From contig CAXBMO010000029.1 in the NCBI GenBank assembly GCA_963977015.1, positions 1 to 64,000 of the forward strand: a DNA stretch of 64,000 bases. Direction: 5' to 3'. This document shows positions 18,282 through 27,839 of the stretch, in pieces; the stretch's first letter is position 1; each line of letters opens with the position of its first letter. The notes below the pieces were generated by a model. It worked only from the letters and a program-made list of their open reading frames with translations. It was not told the origin of the DNA and ran no database searches. Position numbers and translations under genes: made by a program. The DNA is from an uncultured bacterium. GTDB lineage: Bacteria > Verrucomicrobiota > Verrucomicrobiia > Verrucomicrobiales > DEV007.

Positions 18282-20630
18282 CTATTCAGGCTTGAGTAGC
18301 GGATAGAGGCGGCGGGTTACGGTTGCGCCGCGGTTGTGCCAACTGCAGCCGTCCTTCTTGCGATCAGGCAGGGCGTCCCGCTCATCGCAGAGGGCATCGA
18401 CCAAGGCGAGGGTAGCGTTCCCGAGTGCCAGGGATTCGGTGATCTCATCAAAGTGGCCAGCCAACTCTTTGAAGTGGCAACCGATGGCATTACGGACTTG
18501 AAGCCGAGAAAAGATGTCCTCGAGAAGCGGGGCTAAATCAGTAGACTTAGTTACCTGACCCTGCTCGTCAAGGTGTTCGCAGCGGAGAGCGGGAAGAAGT
18601 TTCTTCTCGCCTTTTAATCCTCCCCGATAGTGATCGAGAGTCCAGCGTTGCTCGGCACCGGGGGATCGGGGGAGGCGACATTGGTAGATGCCAGTGAGAA
18701 AATCGAGGATGCGCTCGAGGACGATGCCGGACTTGTTTGCGATTGTGCCGGGATCTTCAGCCGCTTCCACATGACGGCGGAGGAAGGCGATCTCTGAGTC
18801 CGGGCCTTTGGCGAGACTGAGGCCTCCTTCAAGTGACCAGGTTCCCAGCTCAAGGAACTCTACCTTCTTCTGGGTCAGGATACCCCAGCGAAACTTGAAG
18901 CGCAGCGGTTGGTAGTGACTGCTAATGATGACGTGGTGGAAGTGGGCTGCCTCATCGAGAAGCAGCTCGTAGAGGCGCTCCATGTGCGCTTCATCCACTG
19001 AGGCGATGGCATCGTCGAGGAAAAGGATGGTGTTCTCCGGAGTCTCCCTCTTCTCCAGTGCCAGAAAGAGGCAAAGCCCGAGCGTGTCCAGATGTGATTC
19101 GGACAATAGGGCCACTGGGCTAGCCTCGGCCTTGCCGAAAAGGGTGCCATCAAACTGTGCCGACGACTTCTTGGTTGGGTGCAGGTAGAGCTTGATGGTT
19201 TCGATCTTTTCACCCGGGTGAATCGATTGGTAGAGCGTGGCAAAGTCCCCTGAGATGGCTTTCAGGGTTTCATTCGCGTGACGGATACGTTCATTGTGGA
19301 GGACGGTCTTAATGGCCTCGCCCCGCTTGACGATGAATTCAATGCGCTTGCCATCAGCGGTGGCGTGCTTGATCCGCTTGATGGCTTGGCGAATCTCTGA
19401 CTGCAGGGTCTTTCGGATTTGGAGGGCGGCATGTTCTTTCTCAACCGTTTCCGACAGGGGCTTTAGCTGAGAGGCTTCGGCCTTCAGGCGAGTGAACCAA
19501 TCTTCAGTCAGGTCGTCGGCGCTCTCAACCGCCAGAATGGAGGGAACGAGGTCCGGAAGACTCCATTGTTCCGAGTCGATAGCCAATTGGTGCACCTCCT
19601 TGAGCCGGGTAACGATGGCGAAGAAGGAATCCTGAAGGGTCTTCTGGGATGTCTGAGCCCTTTGGAGCGTATCCTTGGCATTCTTGGTCTTTTCGCTCTG
19701 CTCCTTGACGGCTTTCAGGGTTCCAAGCTTTTCATCGATTTTCTGAACGAGTTCTTCGTGGCCGATCTCTGTATCACAGACCGGACAGGTATCGGAGTCG
19801 CTCAGCTTCAAATAGGCTTGTGACTGCTGAAGCGCTTCGAAGGCTTTGGCAAGGTCGTCACTGTGATCGGCCACAAGCTTGGTGAGAGACGCTTTCTCTG
19901 TCTCGAAAGTTTCTTGGGCCTTGGTGACGGCTGGATAGCTGTCTGCGAGCGGTCTAAAATCATCACGCAGCCGCTTGATCTCTTGGTTGAGATCTTGGAG
20001 GATTTGAAAGTTTTCCGCGATGGTCTCTTCGCTCTCGCTAAGAATATCTCGTTGCCAATCCTTTTGGCGCTCGCCGTATTTTGTTCGGTCAGCGTGTTCC
20101 GCGAACAAATTCGCTAGTATATCATGGGCCTGAGCGATTAAGCTCGTCTGGCTGTTCAGATTCCCCTTCTCCGAGAGAATGAGTTCATTCAAGGCGGCTT
20201 CCTCGCGGTCGAGAGCCGGGATGGAGACGAAGTCTTGAATCCTCTTGAAGCGATTTGCGGGAGTTTCCTCGATGAGTTTGGTGATGTTTTTGCGACTCAG
20301 AACTTTGAGCTGATGGTCGAGGTAGCCCGTGTGCTGGACCTTGGCACCAGAGAGCCGCGCCGAACGGGTCTTATTCTTCACGTTCAACGAGACAGACAAA
20401 TCCGCCTTTTTTCGGGAGGCGTTGACGAGCTGACCAAGACGCGATTTTCCATCTAGAGATTTTTCTTCCAACGATCCCGCCGTGCCATCAACAACGAACT
20501 CGAAAGCATCGGAGATTGTCGTCTTACCACTGCCATTTTCACCATAGAGAACCGTGAGATTTTGCTTTGTGTCAAACTTAACCGTGAAGGGCTCGTTCAC
20601 CCCTCGAAAGGCTTCAAGATTCAGTTCCAT
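18282..20630 (-). CDS. Rad50/SMC-like ABC ATPase with zinc hook and C-terminal HEPN-like domain (RloC-like)
   Basis: FRG, Walker A GENGSGKT, coiled coil, CPVC, signature LSESH, Walker B FLDD..SVD, H-loop SSH, then LE...RNAIGCH. GGAGG RBS upstream. Confidence 0.8.
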   Translation of the reverse strand: MELNLEAFRGVNEPFTVKFDTKQNLTVLYGENGSGKTTISDAFEFVVDGTAGSLEEKSLDGKSRLGQLVNASRKKADLSVSLNVKNKTRSARLSGAKVQHTGYLDHQLKVLSRKNITKLIEETPANRFKRIQDFVSIPALDREEAALNELILSEKGNLNSQTSLIAQAHDILANLFAEHADRTKYGERQKDWQRDILSESEETIAENFQILQDLNQEIKRLRDDFRPLADSYPAVTKAQETFETEKASLTKLVADHSDDLAKAFEALQQSQAYLKLSDSDTCPVCDTEIGHEELVQKIDEKLGTLKAVKEQSEKTKNAKDTLQRAQTSQKTLQDSFFAIVTRLKEVHQLAIDSEQWSLPDLVPSILAVESADDLTEDWFTRLKAEASQLKPLSETVEKEHAALQIRKTLQSEIRQAIKRIKHATADGKRIEFIVKRGEAIKTVLHNERIRHANETLKAISGDFATLYQSIHPGEKIETIKLYLHPTKKSSAQFDGTLFGKAEASPVALLSESHLDTLGLCLFLALEKRETPENTILFLDDAIASVDEAHMERLYELLLDEAAHFHHVIISSHYQPLRFKFRWGILTQKKVEFLELGTWSLEGGLSLAKGPDSEIAFLRRHVEAAEDPGTIANKSGIVLERILDFLTGIYQCRLPRSPGAEQRWTLDHYRGGLKGEKKLLPALRCEHLDEQGQVTKSTDLAPLLEDIFSRLQVRNAIGCHFKELAGHFDEITESLALGNATLALVDALCDERDALPDRKKDGCSWHNRGATVTRRLYPLLKPE

Positions 20631-20799
20631 CGGTACCTCCTTGCTCAGATTCGAATTGCTTGGTGAGGACGAGGTTCCAGTTCACGTCTTTCGATTCTCC
20701 GAGTGCTTTCACCACTTCTGCAATCGTAGCTTTATCAACCAGAGATTGGGAGGCGAGCGCTTCGGATACCCGTTTGGCGGTCTCAGCGGGGAGTGTCAT
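20614..20799 (-). CDS. Small 61-aa hypothetical protein coupled to the ATPase
   Basis: Starts 6 nt after the SNF2 stop and overlaps the ATPase start by 17 nt. Confidence 0.65.
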   Translation of the reverse strand: MTLPAETAKRVSEALASQSLVDKATIAEVVKALGESKDVNWNLVLTKQFESEQGGTDGTES

Positions 20800-20805
20800 G
20801 AGTTT

Positions 20806-23673
20806 CTATTTCAGGATCCACTTAATGGTGAAGAGTTCCTCCTCTGAGGACTCGGCTTTGAGTTTGCCCTCGATGCTTTCGATGAGGCGTTCGCGGTTGT
20901 TGTCGATCTCGTCCTGAGCGTCGAAAAGCGAGCGGCGACGTTCCTTGCGGTGGCTTTCGAGAGCTTTAATTTGTTTCTGGCCTGCGAGCTTTTCTTCGAG
21001 GCTGAGGGCGGCTGAGGCGGCGCGACGAGCTTCCTTGATCTGGCGGTCGATGTCCTTGATTTCGCGCTCAAGGCCGACCTTCAGGTCGTCGGCCCAGTTG
21101 TCGAGTTTGGTGGCTTCGGCTTCGAAGAACTCAGCATTGCGCTCGGAGATGTCGCGGCTGATGCGGGCCTGTTCTTTTTGAGCGAGCTCGTCGAGGGAAG
21201 TCGGCAGGGCGTGGGTCACGGAGCCGTTGGATTGCCCTGGTAGTGAGAGGAGGCGGCGGGCGGTTTCTTCGTCGAGGACTTGCCCTGTGTCGGTGTGGGC
21301 GGCAAGAATGAGGTAATCTTCGGTCTGATCGAGAGACTGGACGGTGAATTGGCTCGCGATGAGCCAACCGGATTGGCCGAGGTAGGGCTCGAGGATGGTG
21401 ACTTTTCCCTCGTGGTCGTCGTAGCTGAAGCGGATCTCCTCGGGTTGGAGCTCCCGCACTTTGGCTTGGGTGATGAGGGCATCTGCAAGCGGGTGGCCGA
21501 TGCGGTAGAGGTGTGCCTCGCCTGAGCGGCGAGGAAGCTCGTAGCGGCCGAGGGGGACCTTGGAGGCGAGTTTAGGTTGATCGGGAAAGGGATCGGAGAT
21601 GAGCTCAAAGCTACCTTCGCCATTGAAGGTGGCATGACCATTGAGTTCGTGGCGGGAGAGGCGGATGAGCTGGCGTTCGAACCGACCGAGTATGGCCTTT
21701 GAATCTTCGTCGCGTATTTTGAGTTTCTCGCGGACTTCGTCGTCGAAGTGCTCGAGGAGCTTCTTCCGCGTGGTGGTCATGGCCTCGTTAATTTCAAAGC
21801 TTAGTTCCAGTTGGAGGTCGTCGAAGGCTTCTTTGATCTCTTTGGGCTTGCGGCAGTGGTTATAGATCGAGGCGATGCGTTTCTCGAAATCGACGCCGGA
21901 GCCGATAGCACCGAGGACTTCGTCGCTGGCACCGAAGACGCCTTCGAAGAGGTTGAATTTTTCGGCGAGAAGTTCGTAGACACGTTGGTCGGCTGCGTTC
22001 TTTTTGTTGAGGAAGTTGACGACGACCACGTCGTGTTTTTGGCCGTAACGGTGACAGCGGCCGATGCGCTGTTCGACGCGCTGGGGGTTCCAGGGGAGGT
22101 CGTAGTTGATGACGAGGGAGCAGAACTGGAGGTTGATTCCCTCGGCTCCGGCCTCGGTGGCGATCATGATCCGGCCTTGCTCGCGGAAGTAGTCGACGAT
22201 GGCGGAGCGCATGTCGGCAGTGCGGGAGCCGGTGACGCGGTCGCTGCCTTCGTGGCGCTCGATCCAGTCGGCGTAAATTTCCTTGGAACGCTCGTCGGTG
22301 TTACTGCCGTTGAAGAGGACGATGCCTTCGCTCCATTCGCTCTCGGAGAGGAGCTGGAGGAGGTAGTTCTGCGTGCGGCGGGACTCGGTGAAGATGATGG
22401 CCTTTTCGGCTGCTCCGAGTGAGGTGGCACGGTCGAAGGCGACGCGGAGGGCCCGAAGGAGGGCGTCGCCCTTGGCATTGTTGGTGATGGAAGTCGCGAG
22501 CTGGGCGAAGGACTGGAGCTCGGCGATCTCGGACTCGAGAGCGGCGCGGTCCTCTGGTGTGAGGCGCTCGGGTGGTGGGTCCTCTGTCCATTCGTCAGCG
22601 GTTTCGTCGAGAGCTTCGTAGTCGTCGTCGAGTTCGTCCTGCAGCGGGAGATTGTCCTGCTCGGCGAGGTCGCGCTGGAGGCGACGGGCCATCGTTTCCA
22701 AAGCCCCTGCGATGGCGAAGGTGGAGGACGCGAGGAGTTTCCTCAGGACGAGCGTCATGAGGGTGCGCTGGGCTGGAGGGAGCGCGAAGAGGTCTGGCCG
22801 GGTGAGGTATTCGGAGACGAGTTGGTAGAGCTGGTCTTCGGTTTCCTGCGGAGTGAATTCTTGGATGATGGCGTGCCGGGCGGTATAGGGCACGTATTGC
22901 ACAACCTGACGGCGCAGGGTGCGGTGACAGAGGGGGGCAAGGCGATCCTTGAGAGTTTGGAATGTGGTGTCCTGACTGAGGTTGGCGAATTGCTGTCGGA
23001 AGCTCTTGAGGTCTCCGAAGGCGTGTTCGTCGATGAAGGAGATGAGGCCGAAAAGTTCGAGGAGGGAGTTTTGCAGCGGGGTAGCGGTGAGAAGCACCTT
23101 GGGTCGGCCTTCGAGGGCGCGCTTCAGCTCGTTGGCGATGACGTTGCTGGTCTTGTAGACGTTGCGGAGGCGGTGGGCTTCGTCGATGACGACGAGGTCC
23201 CAGGGGGTGGCGACAATGTCTTCGGCCTTGTTGCGGGCGAAGTGGTAGGAGCAGATGACGAGGTTGGGCTCGTCAGGTTGGAAGGGGTTGGTGGAGCCTT
23301 CCTTCTTGGCCTTGTTGTAGGACTTGGCCTCAAGGATCAGCGACGGGAGGAAAAATTTTTCGGCGAGCTCCTGGTGCCACTGCTTCCGGAGGTTCGAGGG
23401 GGCGATGATGAGAATCCGGCGTTTCCGCTCGGCCCAGCGTTGGGAGAGGAGGATGCCGGCTTCGATGGTTTTTCCAAGGCCGACTTCGTCGGCGAGGAGG
23501 GCGCCATTGGAAAAAGGAGACTTGAAGGCGAAGAGAGCGGCATCGACCTGGTGGGGGTTGAGGTCGACCTGGGCACCGGCCACCGCAGCAGCGAGACTGC
23601 CGACGCTATCGGAGGACCAGCGGCGGGTGAGCCCGTAGGCTAGGTATTTGGCTTGGTGGTCGGTGAGATACAT
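20806..23673 (-). CDS. SNF2-family helicase (RM/defence-associated type)
   Basis: LLADEVGLGKT, DEAH, TATP, TEAGAEGINLQ and QRIGRCHRYGQ motifs, with a coiled-coil C-terminus. Confidence 0.92.
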   Translation of the reverse strand: MYLTDHQAKYLAYGLTRRWSSDSVGSLAAAVAGAQVDLNPHQVDAALFAFKSPFSNGALLADEVGLGKTIEAGILLSQRWAERKRRILIIAPSNLRKQWHQELAEKFFLPSLILEAKSYNKAKKEGSTNPFQPDEPNLVICSYHFARNKAEDIVATPWDLVVIDEAHRLRNVYKTSNVIANELKRALEGRPKVLLTATPLQNSLLELFGLISFIDEHAFGDLKSFRQQFANLSQDTTFQTLKDRLAPLCHRTLRRQVVQYVPYTARHAIIQEFTPQETEDQLYQLVSEYLTRPDLFALPPAQRTLMTLVLRKLLASSTFAIAGALETMARRLQRDLAEQDNLPLQDELDDDYEALDETADEWTEDPPPERLTPEDRAALESEIAELQSFAQLATSITNNAKGDALLRALRVAFDRATSLGAAEKAIIFTESRRTQNYLLQLLSESEWSEGIVLFNGSNTDERSKEIYADWIERHEGSDRVTGSRTADMRSAIVDYFREQGRIMIATEAGAEGINLQFCSLVINYDLPWNPQRVEQRIGRCHRYGQKHDVVVVNFLNKKNAADQRVYELLAEKFNLFEGVFGASDEVLGAIGSGVDFEKRIASIYNHCRKPKEIKEAFDDLQLELSFEINEAMTTTRKKLLEHFDDEVREKLKIRDEDSKAILGRFERQLIRLSRHELNGHATFNGEGSFELISDPFPDQPKLASKVPLGRYELPRRSGEAHLYRIGHPLADALITQAKVRELQPEEIRFSYDDHEGKVTILEPYLGQSGWLIASQFTVQSLDQTEDYLILAAHTDTGQVLDEETARRLLSLPGQSNGSVTHALPTSLDELAQKEQARISRDISERNAEFFEAEATKLDNWADDLKVGLEREIKDIDRQIKEARRAASAALSLEEKLAGQKQIKALESHRKERRRSLFDAQDEIDNNRERLIESIEGKLKAESSEEELFTIKWILK

Positions 23674-24136
23674 TCCAGTTGAATCCGTTTGATTATCTAT
23701 TCCGCCTTCATTCCCTCACGGTCAAAGTCGTAGCAAAGTCGCTTCGCGAAAAACAGCCGATGAATGTGTTCCGTGAAATTCGGGGGCTGCCCTAGAACAC
23801 GTAATCAAGCAGGCTGCATCACAAAACCAGGATTCTAGAAATTTGTCCTGGGATACTGCCTTCTCCCCTTTCGATTTCGGAGAATATTTCCTAACAACCA
23901 TAACAAGTGGGTTGATCTTAGCTCGGATTTACTACTTTGCTAGAGCGATTCTTCCAAGCGATGACGTCAACATTTCGGACGATCGGAAGGAGGGGCACGT
24001 ATTCCCCAAGGCAACCAATGAAGACGAGTTCGAAATGCAGAAATCTATTTCAGAACCGCAAATGCACCGCAGCCAATTCAGCCTAAAACAAAAAAGCGAC
24101 TCTCGATTTCTCGGAAGTCGCTGATTGGAAAGAAGA

Positions 24137-24218
24137 TGGGCAGGAGAGGATTCGAACCTCTGAAGGCATAGCCAGCAGATTTACAGTCTGCCCCGTTTGA
24201 CCGCTTCGGTACCTACCC
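24137..24218 (-). tRNA. tRNA-Tyr(GTA)
   Basis: GGGTAGG...GCAGACTGTAAATCTGC...GGTTCGAATCC...CCTGCCCA with a long variable arm. CCA is not encoded. Confidence 0.95.
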
Positions 24219-24359
24219 AGGGCTGGGTGTCGTTCCTGAAAACTCAGAGACGACTGGGAGGCGCACTAAATGGCGGTTCGCGGAGTTTGCAACCAATTTT
24301 GGTTGAATTTGATGGTCGGGAAGGCACTTTCTCCGTCCCCTGTGCCCGGGGATCCAAGG

Positions 24360-25640
24360 ATGGCCAGCAAGCTCCAGAAATTGAAGGGATTCCGTGATTT
24401 TTATCCGGAGTCGTGTGCGGTTCGCAACTATTTGTTCGAGACGTGGCGGCGCGTGGTCGCGAAGTATCGCTTTTCGGAATACGAGGGGCCGATCCTGGAG
24501 CCGACCGATTTGTATCGGAAGAAGAGTGGCGATGAGATCACGGAGCAGCTCTATCACTTTCTCGACAAGGGAGAGCGTGAGGTGGCGATGCGGCCGGAAT
24601 TGACTCCGACCCTGGCGCGGATGGCGGCGGCGAAGCAACGGGAGTATCGCAAGCCGATGAAGTGGTTCAGCATCGGGCCGTTTTTCCGCTACGAGAAGCA
24701 GCAGAAAGGGAGGCTCCGCGAGTTCTACCAGTTCAACTGCGATATTCTGGGCGAAGATTCCCCGGCGTTGGATGCGGAGCTGATCGCGGTGTCGATCGAT
24801 TTGATGCGGGAACTCGGGTTTGGCGAAGGCGATTACGTGATTCGGGTGAGCGATCGCAGTGCGTGGATGCGCTGGATTGAGGAGCAGGGCATTGGCGATG
24901 CGGCGACCTTTCTGCAATCGATCGATAAGATGGAGCGAACCCCGCCCGAGAAGACGGATGAGGGGTTGCAGGCGCTGGGGACGAGTCTTGCCGCGGTGCA
25001 GGAGTTCATGAGCCGGGGAGAAGAGGTGAGCGAGCGGATGCCGTTGATTCGCGAGAATCTTGCGGCGCGCGGGCTCGACGGGTTTCTGCAATGGGATCTC
25101 GGGATTGTGCGTGGGCTGGCTTATTACACGAGCACGGTTTTCGAGGTGTTTGATCAGGGGAAAGGCATGCGAGCGGTGGCCGGAGGCGGGCGTTATGACG
25201 AATTGGTGGGGCTGATTGGCGGCGTTGAGATGCCGGCAGCCGGATTCGCGATGGGCGATGTGGTGATTGGCGATTTGATTCAGGAAACGCCAGCCGCGAA
25301 GGCGAAGTTGGATGCCTGGCTGGAGGAACATGCGGCGATTGAGGTGTTCGTGATCGTGGCAAACGAGGAGCAGCGCTCCGCGGCGTTGGCGGGTGTTCAG
25401 GTTCTGCGCGATGCGGGGAACCGGGTCGAGTTTGCGCATTCGGCGGCCAAGGTCGGCAAGCAATTTCAAGCCGCGGAACAGGCGAACGCGAAGTTGGCCG
25501 TGATCTACGGAGACGAATTCCCCACGTTGAAGGTGAAGAACATGGCGGATCGGTCGGAGGTGGAGGTTTCCAGCGATTCGCTCGTCGGCGAGATCTCGAA
25601 AATTCTGGGAGCTTCAGGATCAGTGGTTTCGGGCGATTGA
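24360..25640 (+). CDS. hisS: Histidine--tRNA ligase
   Basis: KGFRDF, MRPELT, GRLREFYQ, RGLAYYT and GGGRYD motifs. Confidence 0.95.
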   Translation: MASKLQKLKGFRDFYPESCAVRNYLFETWRRVVAKYRFSEYEGPILEPTDLYRKKSGDEITEQLYHFLDKGEREVAMRPELTPTLARMAAAKQREYRKPMKWFSIGPFFRYEKQQKGRLREFYQFNCDILGEDSPALDAELIAVSIDLMRELGFGEGDYVIRVSDRSAWMRWIEEQGIGDAATFLQSIDKMERTPPEKTDEGLQALGTSLAAVQEFMSRGEEVSERMPLIRENLAARGLDGFLQWDLGIVRGLAYYTSTVFEVFDQGKGMRAVAGGGRYDELVGLIGGVEMPAAGFAMGDVVIGDLIQETPAAKAKLDAWLEEHAAIEVFVIVANEEQRSAALAGVQVLRDAGNRVEFAHSAAKVGKQFQAAEQANAKLAVIYGDEFPTLKVKNMADRSEVEVSSDSLVGEISKILGASGSVVSGD

Positions 25641-25654
25641 CGAGTCAGTCGAGA

Positions 25655-25792
25655 GTCGTCACTCGTTCTCATGCTTCGGCTTCGCCTCGAATACGGAGCC
25701 TATTGGATCGCGGGTCGTTTCGCACATGCTTCGGCTTCACCTCGGATTTCGAGGACGAGTAGGAAGGACGAGTAGGAGGACGACGGACGAGT
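25655..25792. repeat. Intergenic composite repeat
   Basis: Direct repeat catgcttcggcttc(g/a)cctcg at 25670 and 25725; tandem aggacgagtagg units at 25752-25776; complementary gtcgtcactcgttctc at 25655. Confidence 0.6.
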
Positions 25793-25841
25793 TGGGGCGA
25801 CGATGGTTGACCGGTGGCTTAAGGCGGATAAGAGTTTGTCC

Positions 25842-27065
25842 GTGACTATTCGAAACCTCCTCACGCTTGCCCTTCTCCTTCCGTTTGGTGCATCTGTCAG
25901 CATGGCCGGTGACTGGCCAATCTGGCGTGGTCCAGACCACAATGGGATTTCCCAGGAAACCAATTGGCAGGTTGATTGGCCGGATGACGATCCTGAGGTG
26001 GTTTGGGAGGCGGAAATCGGGATCGGGTTTTCCAGTTTCGCAGTTGCGGGGAATCGCGTTCTGACCACGGGGAATGCGGACGATCACGACACGGTCTGGT
26101 GTTTCAACGCCGATACTGGCGAGCTGTTCTGGAAGCATTCCTACGAGGAGCCACTCGATCCGAAATATTACGAGGGCGGCACTTCGGCGACTCCGGCGAT
26201 TGATGGCGGGGTGGTTTATCAACTGAGCCGGCGCGGGAAGCTGTTCTGTCTCGACCTTTCGACCGGGGAGGTGAAGTGGGAGAAGAATGTGCAGGAGGAG
26301 ACGAAAGCCGCCCTGCCGGATTGGGGATTTGCCGGGTCCCCCTTGGTGCATGGCGAGCTTCTGATTCTCAATGTGGGCGGTTCGGGGCTTGCGCTCAACA
26401 AGAAGACGGGAGAGCAGGTCTGGTTTTCGGATACGGACAAAGCGGGCTATTCCACGCCCCTGCCATTTCAAACGGAGGACGGTGCAACGGTCGGCATTTT
26501 CAGTAGTGCGCGCGATTTTGTGGCGAGGAATCTCGACAACGGAGATGAGATGGCGCGTCACAAGTGGCTCACCAAATATGGGGTGAACGCTTCGGATCCG
26601 ATTGTCAGTCTCCCTTACGTGTTCCTTTCCTCCGACTATGGCAAGGGTTGCACGTTGTTGGACGTCAGCGGTGGTGATCCGGTGGAGGTGTACAAGAACA
26701 AGGAACTCCAGACCCAGATGAATCCCGCGGTTCTGGTGGACGGGTATCTTTACGGATGCAGCGGAAACGAGAGTGAAAAGAAGGTTCCGTTGAAGTGTGT
26801 GGAGTTTGCAACCGGAGAGACTCAGTGGGAGTATCAAGGGGTTGGCGCAGGTTCCGTGTTGGCAGCGAACGGGCATCTCATTGTCTTGAGCGCCCGCGGT
26901 GAACTGATGTTTGCCCCAATCTCGGCCGAAGAATTTGAGCCGGTCTTCATGATGCAGGTTTTGGGAGGCAAGTGTTGGACCGTTCCCGTGTTGGCCCATG
27001 GCCGGATTTACTGCCGCAACGCCGAGGGCGAGGTGGTCTGCATCGATGTGCGGGGAAAGAGCTAG
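25842..27065 (+). CDS. PQQ-binding-like beta-propeller protein (BamB-like)
   Basis: DWPIWRG, repeated TGE..W units and a signal peptide. GTG start inferred. Confidence 0.85.
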   Translation: MTIRNLLTLALLLPFGASVSMAGDWPIWRGPDHNGISQETNWQVDWPDDDPEVVWEAEIGIGFSSFAVAGNRVLTTGNADDHDTVWCFNADTGELFWKHSYEEPLDPKYYEGGTSATPAIDGGVVYQLSRRGKLFCLDLSTGEVKWEKNVQEETKAALPDWGFAGSPLVHGELLILNVGGSGLALNKKTGEQVWFSDTDKAGYSTPLPFQTEDGATVGIFSSARDFVARNLDNGDEMARHKWLTKYGVNASDPIVSLPYVFLSSDYGKGCTLLDVSGGDPVEVYKNKELQTQMNPAVLVDGYLYGCSGNESEKKVPLKCVEFATGETQWEYQGVGAGSVLAANGHLIVLSARGELMFAPISAEEFEPVFMMQVLGGKCWTVPVLAHGRIYCRNAEGEVVCIDVRGKS

Positions 27066-27152
27066 TGCTTGGATTGCGGTGAATTGACTGGCTCGGATGG
27101 GTTGAAGTGGAGTCGTGGAACCGGTGGTGTCCCAACGTTGGATGCATCGTAC

Positions 27153-27359
27153 CAGCCCAACGGGCTGAGACATCTTCAGCCCAGGGCAAGCGAGGACCGA
27201 GCGCCGCCCTGGGATTGCCGAAGGAGAAAATGGGACCCTGAAGGGGGCCGACAACTGGTATCCCGGCCTTACAGGCCTGGCATGACCAACGACCTTCTCC
27301 CCGGCCGCCGGGCGTTCCTCCCTCTGGCCGGGGCTGGCATGTTTCAGCCTTTCAGGCTG
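27153..27359. repeat. Hairpin-ended REP/MITE-like element, copy 2
   Basis: Terminal inverted repeat cagcccaacgggctgagacat / atgtttcagcctttcaggctg and internal cccagggcaagcgag...gcgccgccctggg. Homologous to 2974-3186. Confidence 0.8.
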
Positions 27360-27544
27360 GGCTCGGTCGGACGGATGGCGAATCCGTGCCTTCGCCAGGG
27401 CATCTCGATCGTTTCCTCGTCGCGCCTGGCCCACAACTCCACCAGGGAACGCGCGTCAACACGGAGATCTTCAACACCCAGCAAGGGCTCCCAACCCGCA
27501 AAAACACTTCTGACATTGAACTCAAAGGTGGTATATTCTTATCC

Positions 27545-27826
27545 ATGAGTTCAACTGTGACACTCGACGAATCAGGGGCGTTGGTTCTCCCACAAGCGAT
27601 TCGAGACCGCTTTCAGCTTAAACCGGGGTCGCATCTTCGGATTGAAGTTGGTGTGGATTGTCTTCAACTTCTTCCCGAAAGCGATTTGGATGCCGAAACA
27701 ACGGTGGAAATCGTCGAAGAGGCTGGGTTGAAGGTTATTCATGCGCCGCAAGACATCAACGGCTTGGATACGGTAGCGGCAATTGCTGCGGATCGCGACG
27801 CCAGAGAGTCCCGCATTCGGTCTTGA
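27545..27826 (+). CDS. AbrB/MazE/SpoVT-family antitoxin
   Basis: TLDESGALVLPQAIRDRFQLKPG motif. Start taken at the ATG at 27545. Confidence 0.85.
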   Translation: MSSTVTLDESGALVLPQAIRDRFQLKPGSHLRIEVGVDCLQLLPESDLDAETTVEIVEEAGLKVIHAPQDINGLDTVAAIAADRDARESRIRS

Positions 27827-27839
27827 TCAAAGCTCTGTC

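Noticed and set aside
14386-23673. Calling the island DISARM, BREX, Dnd/Ssp or type III RM
   Set aside because: No methyltransferase, PglZ, DrmA/B, DndC/SspD or Res gene is visible.
23843-24124. 93-aa ORF between SNF2 and the tRNA
   Set aside because: TTG start, no motif, and no resemblance to an integrase. Left uncalled.
25670-25776. Possible mini CRISPR array
   Set aside because: Only two short imperfect repeats and no cas genes in the window.
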